From: a virus
Reading direction: 5' to 3' (one strand)
Length of the DNA: 64,000 nucleotides
Virus record (IMG/VR): IMGVR_UViG_3300025009_000052
Shown: positions 26,871 through 36,900 of the stretch, piece after piece
Numbering within the stretch: position 1 is the first letter of the stretch
Layout: the number at the start of each line of letters is the position of its first letter
Made by a program: the position numbers and the translations under genes
The notes under the pieces: generated by a model
The model's input: only the letters and a program-made list of their open reading frames with translations
What the model was told of the DNA's origin: nothing
Database searches by the model: none

Positions 26871-27580
26871 TGATAATAATAGGAGATGTTCACGGTTGTC
26901 TAGAAACTTTAAAGTCTTTATTGGACAAAATCCCTCAATCAGAAAAAGACAAAGGTGTTTGTTTTGTTGGAGATTTAATAGATCGAGGTCCAAATTCTAG
27001 AGGGGTTGTGGAGTTTGTTAGATTAAGTGGTTACCAATGTGTTATGGGTAATCATGAACAAATGATGATAGATGAATATAAAGTATTGAACAATCACAGC
27101 CATAAAATCGCACTGTCCTTATATGGCAATGTATGGTTATTAAATGGCGGAGTGGAAACGTTAAGGTCGTATCAGACTAATGATAGTGTAGATAGTGACG
27201 CTGTTTCGTCAGATATAAAATGGATGGAGAGATTACCTACTTATTTAGAGTTTAAAAGTGTGGTTGGAGAAGGTAGGCATTTGGTAGTTAGCCATAGCCA
27301 TATTATTAACTGTTGGCATGGGATACAAGCTAACAATGGAGAGGTAGGAACTAAATATAAAAACGTAATATTGTGGGATAGGCCTTACAACCTTAGATAT
27401 GTTGGAGATATTTTTAGTGTTATTGGACATACTCCAAATAGTCAACCAAAGATTAAGAAAACATATGCTAATATAGATACAGGATGCGTGTTCTCTAAGG
27501 AAAAATCCTTAGGGCACTTAACCGCATTACAGTTTCCAGAAATGATTATTTATCAACAAGAAAATATAGATCATAAGTAA
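26870..27580 (+). CDS. Calcineurin-like metallophosphoesterase (lambda-type Ser/Thr phosphatase)
   Basis: GDVHG, GDLIDRG, GNHE, GHTP, IDTG. Confidence 0.92.
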   Translation: MIIIGDVHGCLETLKSLLDKIPQSEKDKGVCFVGDLIDRGPNSRGVVEFVRLSGYQCVMGNHEQMMIDEYKVLNNHSHKIALSLYGNVWLLNGGVETLRSYQTNDSVDSDAVSSDIKWMERLPTYLEFKSVVGEGRHLVVSHSHIINCWHGIQANNGEVGTKYKNVILWDRPYNLRYVGDIFSVIGHTPNSQPKIKKTYANIDTGCVFSKEKSLGHLTALQFPEMIIYQQENIDHK

Positions 27581-27581
27581 T

Positions 27582-27593
27582 TTATGGTATATT
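27582..27593 (+). promoter_or_regulatory. Extended -10 promoter TTATGGTATATT
   Basis: Intergenic recurrent motif; AGGAG SD follows. Confidence 0.65.
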
Positions 27594-27608
27594 AAGGTAG
27601 GAGATAAA

Positions 27609-28298
27609 ATGATAGATTTAGTTCAACCTACAGAAAAGACAAATGAAAGAATCGTGGATAGATCGGCGGATAAGAAAAAATCACCTAAAAAAGATAAGGC
27701 AATTGTTGTTGACTATGACGATACAGTTGTAGGCTTTTTACAGGCATTATGTAAGGCCCACAATAAAAAGTATGGAACATGTGTTAGCCATAATGATATA
27801 AAAACTTGGAATTTTGATGACTTAGACATAACAGATGCTAGGGGGAATAGAGTAACGGGAGCCGACCTAAGAGCTACGTTTAAACTATATGAAGAGAACG
27901 GTATGTATGCCGCATTAAAACCATTAGATTATGCTAAATACACTTTAGATACCGCTCATGAGATTGGATATAAAGTCATTATTGTTACGGCTAGGAATGA
28001 GAAATTTAGAGTAGCCACCGAATATAACTTAGCCGATCAAGATATTTATTGTGATGAATTGTATTTTTCTAACGATAAGGTAAAAACTATCAAAGATCTT
28101 GCTAAGAAATATCAAATAGTAATGTTTGCGGATGACAAGGCTAGTACTGTTCAAGATGTGGCGGAAAACTGTAGGGTTAAAAACGTTTTTTTAATCACCA
28201 AAGCCCACAATAGAAGTTGTGAGGTAGATGAAGAGATAATCAAAAGAGCAAACGACCTAATGGATTGTCTGAAAGAATTAAAGAAAGTAAATAAATAA
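27609..28298 (+). CDS. HAD-family 5'(3')-deoxyribonucleotidase-like protein
   Basis: VDYDDTV, IVTAR, K, FADD, HN motifs. Confidence 0.85.
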   Translation: MIDLVQPTEKTNERIVDRSADKKKSPKKDKAIVVDYDDTVVGFLQALCKAHNKKYGTCVSHNDIKTWNFDDLDITDARGNRVTGADLRATFKLYEENGMYAALKPLDYAKYTLDTAHEIGYKVIIVTARNEKFRVATEYNLADQDIYCDELYFSNDKVKTIKDLAKKYQIVMFADDKASTVQDVAENCRVKNVFLITKAHNRSCEVDEEIIKRANDLMDCLKELKKVNK

Positions 28299-28322
28299 TA
28301 ACAATTCAAACCAAGGGGAAGC

Positions 28323-29000
28323 ATGAAAACAATCGTGTGTATTGCAGGAGTAAAAACGTCTGGTAAGTCTACAGCAACTCAATATATAAAAGAATATTAC
28401 GAAAATAAGGGTAGACAGGTTGTTGAAGCTGCCTTAGCCGATAAATTAAAAGATGTTTGTTCTATGGCGTTTGGTATCCCACGCAATACTTTTGACGATC
28501 AAAGATATAAGGAAATACCGTTTAGGATATTTAATTTTAAACAAGAATTGTATAGTTCTGATATCAGAAGGGTAATTAGTTCTTTTGGGTACGACATTAG
28601 TCTACCCGAAATTGCCGAAAAGTTTAAAAATATTGTTGGCATGGAATTAGAATCGGCTAGACATATTGCACAAATAGTAGGCACACAGGTACTTAGGGCT
28701 ATGGGAGATGAAGATATTCACTGCAAAAATTTAGAACTCGGTGAGGATGTGACGTTAATATCTGACGCTCGTTTTCCCAATGAATACAACTACTTCTCTA
28801 ATAAAGAAGGCTATAAGTTCATACCTCTGTATCTAGCTAGAGAAAAAGCAGAATCTCAAGTTACTAAAGATTCCCACGTTTCAGAAACATCGGTTTTTCT
28901 TTTTAAAGACAAGTGTATTAAAGTAGATAATAATGGGACCAGAGAGCAGACAAAACAAGAATTATTTAATATTTTGGATAAAGTGAATTGCAATCTTTAA
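28323..29000 (+). CDS. Deoxynucleoside monophosphate kinase
   Basis: GVKTSGKST P-loop, LADKLK, QIVGTQVLR, ISDARFPNE, HVSE. Confidence 0.85.
   Translation: MKTIVCIAGVKTSGKSTATQYIKEYYENKGRQVVEAALADKLKDVCSMAFGIPRNTFDDQRYKEIPFRIFNFKQELYSSDIRRVISSFGYDISLPEIAEKFKNIVGMELESARHIAQIVGTQVLRAMGDEDIHCKNLELGEDVTLISDARFPNEYNYFSNKEGYKFIPLYLAREKAESQVTKDSHVSETSVFLFKDKCIKVDNNGTREQTKQELFNILDKVNCNL
28992..28999 (+). promoter_or_regulatory. Putative late promoter motif AATCTTTA
   Basis: Overlaps the kinase stop codon, 4 nt before ATG 29004. Confidence 0.5.
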
Positions 29001-29003
29001 TCT

Positions 29004-30320
29004 ATGGTAGCACTAACACAAGACGAACGAATTAGAATTTCCGAAAAAGTAGTTAAAATTCCTGGCGAAAACGCTCAATTTGAAGGAATTAAGGATAGTC
29101 TTGGGACTATTAAGATCGCAGTACAATCCAAAGACAATGCTCATAAGAAATTTGTTGATTCCGATGTTTTATTGATTAATGGTTATCAGGTAGAATTAGG
29201 GAAATACGATGGGAATCAGAGGACAGAATTAACAGAGCAGGACTTTACAGATTCGGTTAATAGAATTAAAAATAACCCATTTTTTCCGAACGACCCACTT
29301 ACTCCAACTCCCAATTTACCAAACGGAGTTTGGACTCAGTTTTTACCATATGCCTATACCAGCGCCCTAGGAAGGAAGTTTGACGAGTCCTACGCTGTAA
29401 TTACTAAGGAACAAGATAAGATCGATTCTATCTTATCGTATATTACTACTATTGAAACATTTACGGATATAACTAGAAGTACAGGGCAACATGCGATTGC
29501 TGGGGTATTTCCCGATCCCGATATTATTGAGGATTACGCCCCTATGCAAGCCGCCGCTACTAGCTGCAAAAATGCCGTTCAAGATTGGGAAGATTTTATA
29601 AACACTTTGTTTTCCCAAATAGTAACTACCGATACGGACATAACTAGGTCAGCACAAAATATAGCATCTAAAGCCGATATCACTAGCGCTATATCAATAA
29701 TAGATGTTTGGCAAGCACTAGCTGATTTTGATACTAACCATGGTCAAACTACAGCAGCGGGTTTTAATTCTTACGATGTAAATCTTTTAAATCCTACTAA
29801 GTTTAGGGCTGCTGAATTACAACCATTAAAAGACGAATTAACTGCTCGACAGGCTTTTTTAACTATCAGAATGGCCCAGCTAAATTCTTATCTTGGAACT
29901 ATTGTGCAAAATTTAACAGATGGGTCAATCACTAGTTCGTCTGGATTTTACGGAACTAGATTTGGCTTTATTACCTTAAGATTACATATTTTAATGGGAT
30001 CTTTAACTGAATTGAAGGGCTTAGAGCAGGGACAGGCTGCTCAACAACAAATGCAAGATGCCAATAATATTGCCGCCAATACATATGATGGAATAATGAA
30101 GGCGTCTCTTTTTAGGGCTCCAGCAGCAGGAACTAATGTGATACACCTAATGGATGCTACTAATTTTAGTATTGGAAACGCTATTTATGTGGTAGCTGAC
30201 AATCAAGAAGAAATATCTGCTAATATTATCAATAAAGAAAATAGTACGGTTTTTTTGGATCAAAATATATCGAAAAAATATACAAGATTAATTAATGCTA
30301 GATTATACAGGCTTCTTTAG
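29004..30320 (+). CDS. Putative virion/baseplate structural protein
   Basis: 438 aa with composition like neighbouring structural genes; C-terminal beta-barrel-like segment resembles one in 31265; late motif upstream. Confidence 0.55.
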   Translation: MVALTQDERIRISEKVVKIPGENAQFEGIKDSLGTIKIAVQSKDNAHKKFVDSDVLLINGYQVELGKYDGNQRTELTEQDFTDSVNRIKNNPFFPNDPLTPTPNLPNGVWTQFLPYAYTSALGRKFDESYAVITKEQDKIDSILSYITTIETFTDITRSTGQHAIAGVFPDPDIIEDYAPMQAAATSCKNAVQDWEDFINTLFSQIVTTDTDITRSAQNIASKADITSAISIIDVWQALADFDTNHGQTTAAGFNSYDVNLLNPTKFRAAELQPLKDELTARQAFLTIRMAQLNSYLGTIVQNLTDGSITSSSGFYGTRFGFITLRLHILMGSLTELKGLEQGQAAQQQMQDANNIAANTYDGIMKASLFRAPAAGTNVIHLMDATNFSIGNAIYVVADNQEEISANIINKENSTVFLDQNISKKYTRLINARLYRLL

Positions 30321-30605
30321 TTTTTTAAGGCTAAAATTAGGATTAGTTAGGGCTATTTCATAAACTTCGTTTAAAACCGTATTAGTCACATTATCTATCG
30401 CCTCATCATATTGTTTGGATGTCCAAGCCTTACCCCCAACCCTATCGGCGTCTATTTGAAGAGACACTATTTCCATTTCTTTTAAGTACATATATTCAAT
30501 ATGGTTAGTTAGCGTGTTTTCCAATTGTTCTTTAGGTATCTCGCTGTAATAATTAGCCTTTTCCAAAGAAGATAGGGCTAGATCTATGTATTTCTTTATA
30601 TCCAC
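30303..30605 (-). CDS. Hypothetical protein
   Basis: AGGAG SD, GTG start. Confidence 0.65.
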   Translation of the reverse strand: MDIKKYIDLALSSLEKANYYSEIPKEQLENTLTNHIEYMYLKEMEIVSLQIDADRVGGKAWTSKQYDEAIDNVTNTVLNEVYEIALTNPNFSLKKLKKPV

Positions 30606-30607
30606 TA

Positions 30608-31126
30608 TTATCTCCTAAACAATTCTTTCATATAATAATCGTAATGATCAATATAACATCTGTTAGACAAAACATAGGGGTGCATCAAAGATATTGGACA
30701 ACCATCATAAAGATATTTTTTATCAGACTTGAGCCCTAATTCTACTAATAATTCGTTAAACCAAGACGATATTGAACTTTCGTTCTTTATTTCAAAAGTA
30801 TGGTCTCTAAATAAATAACAATGACCGAGTTCGTGAAAAACCATAGCCTCTCTTTTATAGTCAGAAACATCTCTTCTGTTCCACCAGTCAATATTAATCC
30901 AAACTACATTTTTGTACACGCCTAAATTACATGTTCCAATTACGGTTGACTTGTCGGGATATTTATGAAATTCTAAATGAATTTTATTGTCAATTTCTTC
31001 TTTAGATATTCTAGCCTCAAAAATAAACCTTTCCAAATATGGATTAAATTCTTCATTTTTTGGTTGGGTTGGAGTAACGCCCGAACAGCTAAATATTAAA
31101 AACAATAAAATTACTAAATATCTCAT
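30608..31126 (-). CDS. Lipoprotein zinc metallopeptidase (HELGH), paralog of 26412-26870
   Basis: Lipobox-like IFSC; HELGHCYLFRDH...DGCPISLM...YYMKELF. Confidence 0.75.
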   Translation of the reverse strand: MRYLVILLFLIFSCSGVTPTQPKNEEFNPYLERFIFEARISKEEIDNKIHLEFHKYPDKSTVIGTCNLGVYKNVVWINIDWWNRRDVSDYKREAMVFHELGHCYLFRDHTFEIKNESSISSWFNELLVELGLKSDKKYLYDGCPISLMHPYVLSNRCYIDHYDYYMKELFRR

Positions 31127-31173
31127 GGTTTTATTGGGTTACTGGACTTACCCACTCCTTTTGTGTTCTAACT

Positions 31174-31200
31174 TAAAGATTGTTATAATGATAATCTTAT
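31174..31200. promoter_or_regulatory. Divergent pair of putative late promoter motifs
   Basis: CAATCTTTA on - strand (31174-31182) and AATCTTAT on + strand (31193-31200). Confidence 0.55.
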
Positions 31201-31264
31201 AATTATAATGCCATAAAAACCCTCCAATATTAACATTCATTTTACTATAAAAAGGATTTATTTA

Positions 31265-33946
31265 ATGGGTTTGTTTGATAAAGCGCAGGATTGGGTCAAT
31301 AATCAATTAGGTTTTAATGATTCGTCCTCTAAAGAAAAATCAACCGGAATTAGTGCCCAGGTAGAGCCTTGGGACATTAATAAGTCCAAAAAAGAAGAGT
31401 CTTTTTTTCCAGCCAATTTTATAGATGGTAAAAGGTGGGATAGGGTTTACCCATACCGACTAATGGTTATAGATATTCGTACAAAAAGAGTAATTACGTC
31501 CGAAGGGGGCACTATGCGTCCTATGGATGTAGATACCTCATATTTCCAACACGGTACTGACTTTTCATTAACACAGACCATGACCCAATCGCTTGGTTGG
31601 ATTGTTGATTTGCCAATAACCCCCCAACAATTGAGTATTACTGACCAGTTTGCCATTAACACTTCGGCTACAATGCGTGGTGTGGTAGAAGAGCATAATG
31701 GGGTTAAATTTAAATTAATTTCAGTTCAAGGAACTACAGGTATTTGGCCAAATAGACCAACACAAGGTGCTAAATTAAAATCACCCACAATTTTAGGATC
31801 TTTGTTTGGCGGCACATTTGAAGCATTAACCGGTGTTGTACAAGGAATTAAACAGGTCCAAAGTGCTTTTACTGGACAACACCCTAATCGATTGGCCGAC
31901 GCCGCTTCTCCACAATCTACAGGTAGCTTAACAGAAACAGGATATTACAAAGCCCATCTGATGGCACAGTTTTTTGAAAGATATGCTCAGGAAAAAAAGA
32001 AAGCGGTTAACAAACATTGGCGCTTAGTATTTAATATTCCTAAGCAAAATCAATCATTTATAGTTACCCCGCTAACATTTAATTGGAATCAAAACCAACA
32101 AAGACCTAATGAGGTAATATTTAGTTTTCAACTTAAAGCGTGGAAACGGGTTGATATTTCCACTAACGAAACTGGGGTAAAGGCTGAATTACCAGATTTA
32201 TCTCCTAACGCATTACAAAGAATAATTACGGGAATAAACGGAGCTAGGGCTACTTTGGCAGCTTCTATGAATTTGCTTAGAGCGGTAAGGAGTGACTTTA
32301 GAAAACCGTTAGATATTTTAAGACAAACCGCCTTAGCAGTGAAAGATTTGGGTGGCTTAGCATTTGCGGTAGTAGACCTTCCAAGTTCTATAATTGGTGA
32401 TTATAAAAGTTCTATTAAGGAATCCTTATCTATAACAAAAAATGCCTTTAAACGTGGTGTAGATAATGGTGGTAATAGAGTTTCGACCGGTAATAGTATT
32501 TCTTCTATTGGTATTAATATAAAAACACAAAGTCTTACTGCTGGGGCAGGAGCGGCGGTTAACGCTATAGTATCGGAATCTAATCGTTTCGAGGGCTTAA
32601 GCACTCAAGCCGTTGCAGATGGGGCGTTGGGACTAGAAGCTTCGCAATCATTACAAACTAGCGCTTTAGACTCTGTATTTGAAAACCCAGAAGAAAATTT
32701 TGAGTTATTTAATTCAGTTAGTTTAGACGATTTAATTTTAACCCCACAACAACAAGCCTTGGTTGATAATGAGTTAGAGATAATTAGACTAACAACCGTT
32801 AATGACCATAGAGAATCGAGAAATGAGTTAGAAAAATTAATGAATGATCTATCTAATTATTTTGGTGCCGGTAATCAAACATATTCAGATGTTTATGGGC
32901 TACCCGACCCAAAAGAAAGAATCATTCCCATGACCTTGGAAGAAAATGAAATATTAGAATCCTTAATGGAAGCTATTCAATCCTACGACCTTCTGATTGC
33001 TACTAAAGAATGGGACGACAATAAGATAGAGAGTCCATTAGAATATGTTGGTGGATTGGCCAACGAAGCTGGAATTAATTTTGAACAATATACTTCCAAA
33101 TACTTAGCCCCCGTTCCTTTTGGCTTAACTATTGAGGAAATTGCGGCAAGATATTTAGGGAACCCCGATAGATGGATTGAGATCGTAACGTTAAATAATT
33201 TAAGATCCCCTTATATAGATGAGGAGGGCTTTTACTATAATTTATTAAGTAATGGAGAAGGTAGACAAATAACAGTTGACGATAGTTTAAATCAATTATA
33301 TATTGGGCAAAATATTGTATTGTCGTCCAACACTGTACCCGCATTTATAAGAAAGATAATTAATGTAGAGAAAATTAGCGACACTAACTACCTGATAACA
33401 GTAGATGGTTTAGATAATTTAGATAATTTAACTACTGCCGGAGCCGCTAAATTACAAGGTTATTTACCAGGAACAGCAAATAGCCAAAACCAAATCTATA
33501 TACCTATTAATACACCTGCTGAGGAAGATGATAGAACTTTTGAAATACCATATTTGGACGAAAAACATTTAACCAAATTGTCCAAAGTAGATTGGTTATT
33601 AACTGATCAGGGTGATTTGGCCATTAATTCAGTAGGAGATTTAAGATTATCCAATGGTTTAACTAATTTAATACAGGCTTTAAAGTTGAAAATTAAAATT
33701 AAAAAAGGAACACTACTTAGACATTTAGATTATGGATTGGGATTAGAACATGGAATGTCAGTAGCGGATATAGAAAATGGCGAAATAATTAAGGCTTTAA
33801 ATAAAATGATAGAAGACGATCCACGATTTGATTCTATAGAAAGAATAACTATAAAACTAGTTGGACCAACCTTAGCAATAGATATGGCTGTAAAACTAGC
33901 AAATCAATCGGGAATTCTTCCAATTAATTTTGATGTGAATTTATAA
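31265..33946 (+). CDS. Baseplate protein with LysM-like and C-terminal gp25-like domains
   Basis: TIEEIAARYLGNPDRWIEIVTLNNL (LysM/tail-X-like); GDL...NLIQAL...HLDYG...DDPRF (gp25-like). Confidence 0.7.
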   Translation: MGLFDKAQDWVNNQLGFNDSSSKEKSTGISAQVEPWDINKSKKEESFFPANFIDGKRWDRVYPYRLMVIDIRTKRVITSEGGTMRPMDVDTSYFQHGTDFSLTQTMTQSLGWIVDLPITPQQLSITDQFAINTSATMRGVVEEHNGVKFKLISVQGTTGIWPNRPTQGAKLKSPTILGSLFGGTFEALTGVVQGIKQVQSAFTGQHPNRLADAASPQSTGSLTETGYYKAHLMAQFFERYAQEKKKAVNKHWRLVFNIPKQNQSFIVTPLTFNWNQNQQRPNEVIFSFQLKAWKRVDISTNETGVKAELPDLSPNALQRIITGINGARATLAASMNLLRAVRSDFRKPLDILRQTALAVKDLGGLAFAVVDLPSSIIGDYKSSIKESLSITKNAFKRGVDNGGNRVSTGNSISSIGINIKTQSLTAGAGAAVNAIVSESNRFEGLSTQAVADGALGLEASQSLQTSALDSVFENPEENFELFNSVSLDDLILTPQQQALVDNELEIIRLTTVNDHRESRNELEKLMNDLSNYFGAGNQTYSDVYGLPDPKERIIPMTLEENEILESLMEAIQSYDLLIATKEWDDNKIESPLEYVGGLANEAGINFEQYTSKYLAPVPFGLTIEEIAARYLGNPDRWIEIVTLNNLRSPYIDEEGFYYNLLSNGEGRQITVDDSLNQLYIGQNIVLSSNTVPAFIRKIINVEKISDTNYLITVDGLDNLDNLTTAGAAKLQGYLPGTANSQNQIYIPINTPAEEDDRTFEIPYLDEKHLTKLSKVDWLLTDQGDLAINSVGDLRLSNGLTNLIQALKLKIKIKKGTLLRHLDYGLGLEHGMSVADIENGEIIKALNKMIEDDPRFDSIERITIKLVGPTLAIDMAVKLANQSGILPINFDVNL

Positions 33947-33957
33947 GGAGATAGAGT

Positions 33958-36900
33958 ATGGCAAACGTGCCTTTACCAAAAAGTTATAATCAAATACTAG
34001 GCGAAATGTTAGCGTCCTATATGGGAAAAATAGGTGTTAATGATGTTAATGTTGGCGGGGCGATGGTGTCCTTTTTTGAATGTATGGCACAGGCGATATA
34101 TCGCTCTTCTGGAGATACGTTCGCTATATTAAGAGATTTTTCTGTTGATAGGGCTAGAGCCGAAGCATTAAAAAGATTGGCTAAAGAAGAAAGGGTACTT
34201 CCTATCCCAGCTCAAGTGGCTACAGGCAAGGTAACCGTATCAGACACCCGATACACCAAAATAGCGACTAAGATTTATGCTGGTTCAAATCCTCCTACGG
34301 TTGGAAGTATTGTAATTAAAGTTTCAGATGCTTCTTTATTTACACCAACGGGTGCAATTTATATTGGTCGTGGAACTCCAAATATAGAGGGGCCAATTTC
34401 TTACACATCTATTGTTGCTGTAGGTAGTTTTTATGAAATCAATCTTTCATCTGCAACAACTAAATATCACAATATATCAGAAAGCGTTATATTGGCCCAA
34501 GGCGGTACTAGGAATATTCCAATCGGAACTACTGTTAAGACTAGAACTTTAGGGTCATCCCCTGTAGTTTCTTTTACAACGACCCAAGCCGCAATTATAT
34601 TAGATGGAGAAGTTGAAATAGCAAACGTGTCTGTAGCAGCTCAAGAGCCTGGAACAGACAGTAATATACCTAGAGGAGCAATAGTTGAATTTGCATCAGT
34701 TCCTTTTGAGGGTGCTAGCGTTACTAATCCAAATCCTTTTACGACTGGAAAAAATGAAGAAACAGACGAGGAGATCCGAAATAGAATTAAAAAATCTCGT
34801 AGTTCTAAGGGGTTAGGTACGACAATTGCAGTAAAAAACTCTGTGCTTGGAGCACAATCAGACGATGATAATTCTATTGTTACATCTAATGAAATGTTTT
34901 CAGATGGAGAAAATACAACTCTATATATTGATAATGGAGAGGGGTATGAGGAAAAAGACGCTGGTGTTGGTGTTGAATATATTGTAGATTCGGCTTTAGG
35001 TGGGGAAACCCATTTTCAATTGGCTACTGGTGGATCACAAACCTCAGTTAGAAAAGCATTTTTAGAATCTACCGAAATATCACCATTCTCTGTTTCAGAA
35101 ACAGATCGATTGGCTGTTTTAATTGGAGGGGCGCTCTCAGAACACGTTTTTAACATTGGTGATTTTAAAAATAATGGATATGCGACGGCCTATGAAATTG
35201 TAGCTTCTATTAATGCGGATCCAGAATTAACATTTGTAGCTCAGACATCAAATAATGGGACTAAAGTCGTTATTACTTCTAAAAATGAAGATAATGAATA
35301 TTTGCAAATAACAGACCCTACTACTGGAACAGACTCAGCAATAGCCCTAGGTTTCCAGAGGGATGAGGTTCAAACACTTAGACTTTATAAAAATAAAGAA
35401 GCTTTGAGTAGAAGTGGAAGATCGGCTTCTGTAGAGTCTGAAAACCAAACGGATTGGTCAAATACGTTAGTTTCAGGAGAATCTTTAATATTAAAAGTTG
35501 ATGGAACTCAATTTATAACTTATATAATTACCGATGCGGATTTTATCGCAGAAGGAACTCACGCTAGTTTAGCAAAAACCAATAATCTTCAATCTTGGAT
35601 TAATGTTTTTAATTCCAAATTAATTGGAGTAACCGCTACTATAAATGGAACTAGAATAATATTAGCATCTAACTTGGGAAATAAAAGTAGAGCGTCTTTA
35701 GAAATAGATTCCTCATCTACCTTAGTTGTAAAAGGAATGTTTTCTCAGTCAAACGGATTAACCGCTCAAGGCAGAGAGGCTGATTTTATTTTTTCTAGAA
35801 ACACCGCTCAGTTTAAATTAACTCATGCCTTAAGTGTAGGAGATAGTTTAACTGCTGGAACAGAATTTACCCAAGCTTCAGTATCAAGTTCAAAAATACT
35901 TGGAGGAAATGTCACATTAAGTAATGACGCATACCTTTGGTTATTAATAGATAAGCCAAATACTATCATAAATCATGGTGTTGTGGCTGATAGTATTGTT
36001 CACCTTACTAAAGAAGTCAACAACACAATAAGAATCAGATCGCAGGTTACCGATGCTTTTTCTGGAGTGCTAGAAGGTGATTATATAGTTCTATGGTCAG
36101 ACGAATTTAATCCTGAAAACAGAATTGAAGGTCGAGTTTGTAGTGTTGGTACACAGATTGTATCGAACGACTATATTGAACTTAGACTAACCGCTTCTGA
36201 ATATGCAGCCACATCAGACCAAAGTACCATCGTTTTTAGTGAAGGTTTAGTAATTGTTCGATCACAATACGCACCTCAAAAAATTAAAATGAGCGCTGGT
36301 AGTTATGATATTAATACAATAGCTTCTACATTATCGTCAACTTTAGAAGGTGGTTATTTCTCTGTTGAAAATGATGAATATTTAATAATTACCAGTAAAA
36401 ACATGGGGTTAGACGGATCAATAACCATTGTTGCCATTAACGAAGCCGCTAAGGGCTTAAATTTCACATTAAGCGATTCTAGCCAATCAATAACGTCCCA
36501 TTTTGCTTTTAACGATAGTGAGGGTTATAATAATGAATTTCCAATATTTATTCATTCTAGTGTGTCAGCAGATGAATCAGCAGATGTCCCTAATAGTTTT
36601 TTATCTGATTTTACATCTACTACCAATCTTTCTACCTTAGGTGTTGATCCTAATGAGATAGTTTGTATGTTACATCCATATCTTTTTAGCGGATCTGAAA
36701 TTAAAGACAATTCGTCTTATAACGAATGTGTTCAAATTAAAGACCTAACCGGAGCCGTTGTTGATATTAATCAAAATAATATTATGAGAAGATTAAGGGT
36801 AAATGATCGTTATTTTTTAGCAAATCCTTTGGATTTTAGTTATAACGATTCTCTAATTACTATATTGGATAATGATCCATCAACCAAAACATTCCCGATT

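Noticed and set aside
9312-34295. T-loop-like GGTTCAAATCC strings at about 9313 and 34282 as tRNAs
   Set aside because: Both lie inside long structural ORFs and no cloverleaf could be built
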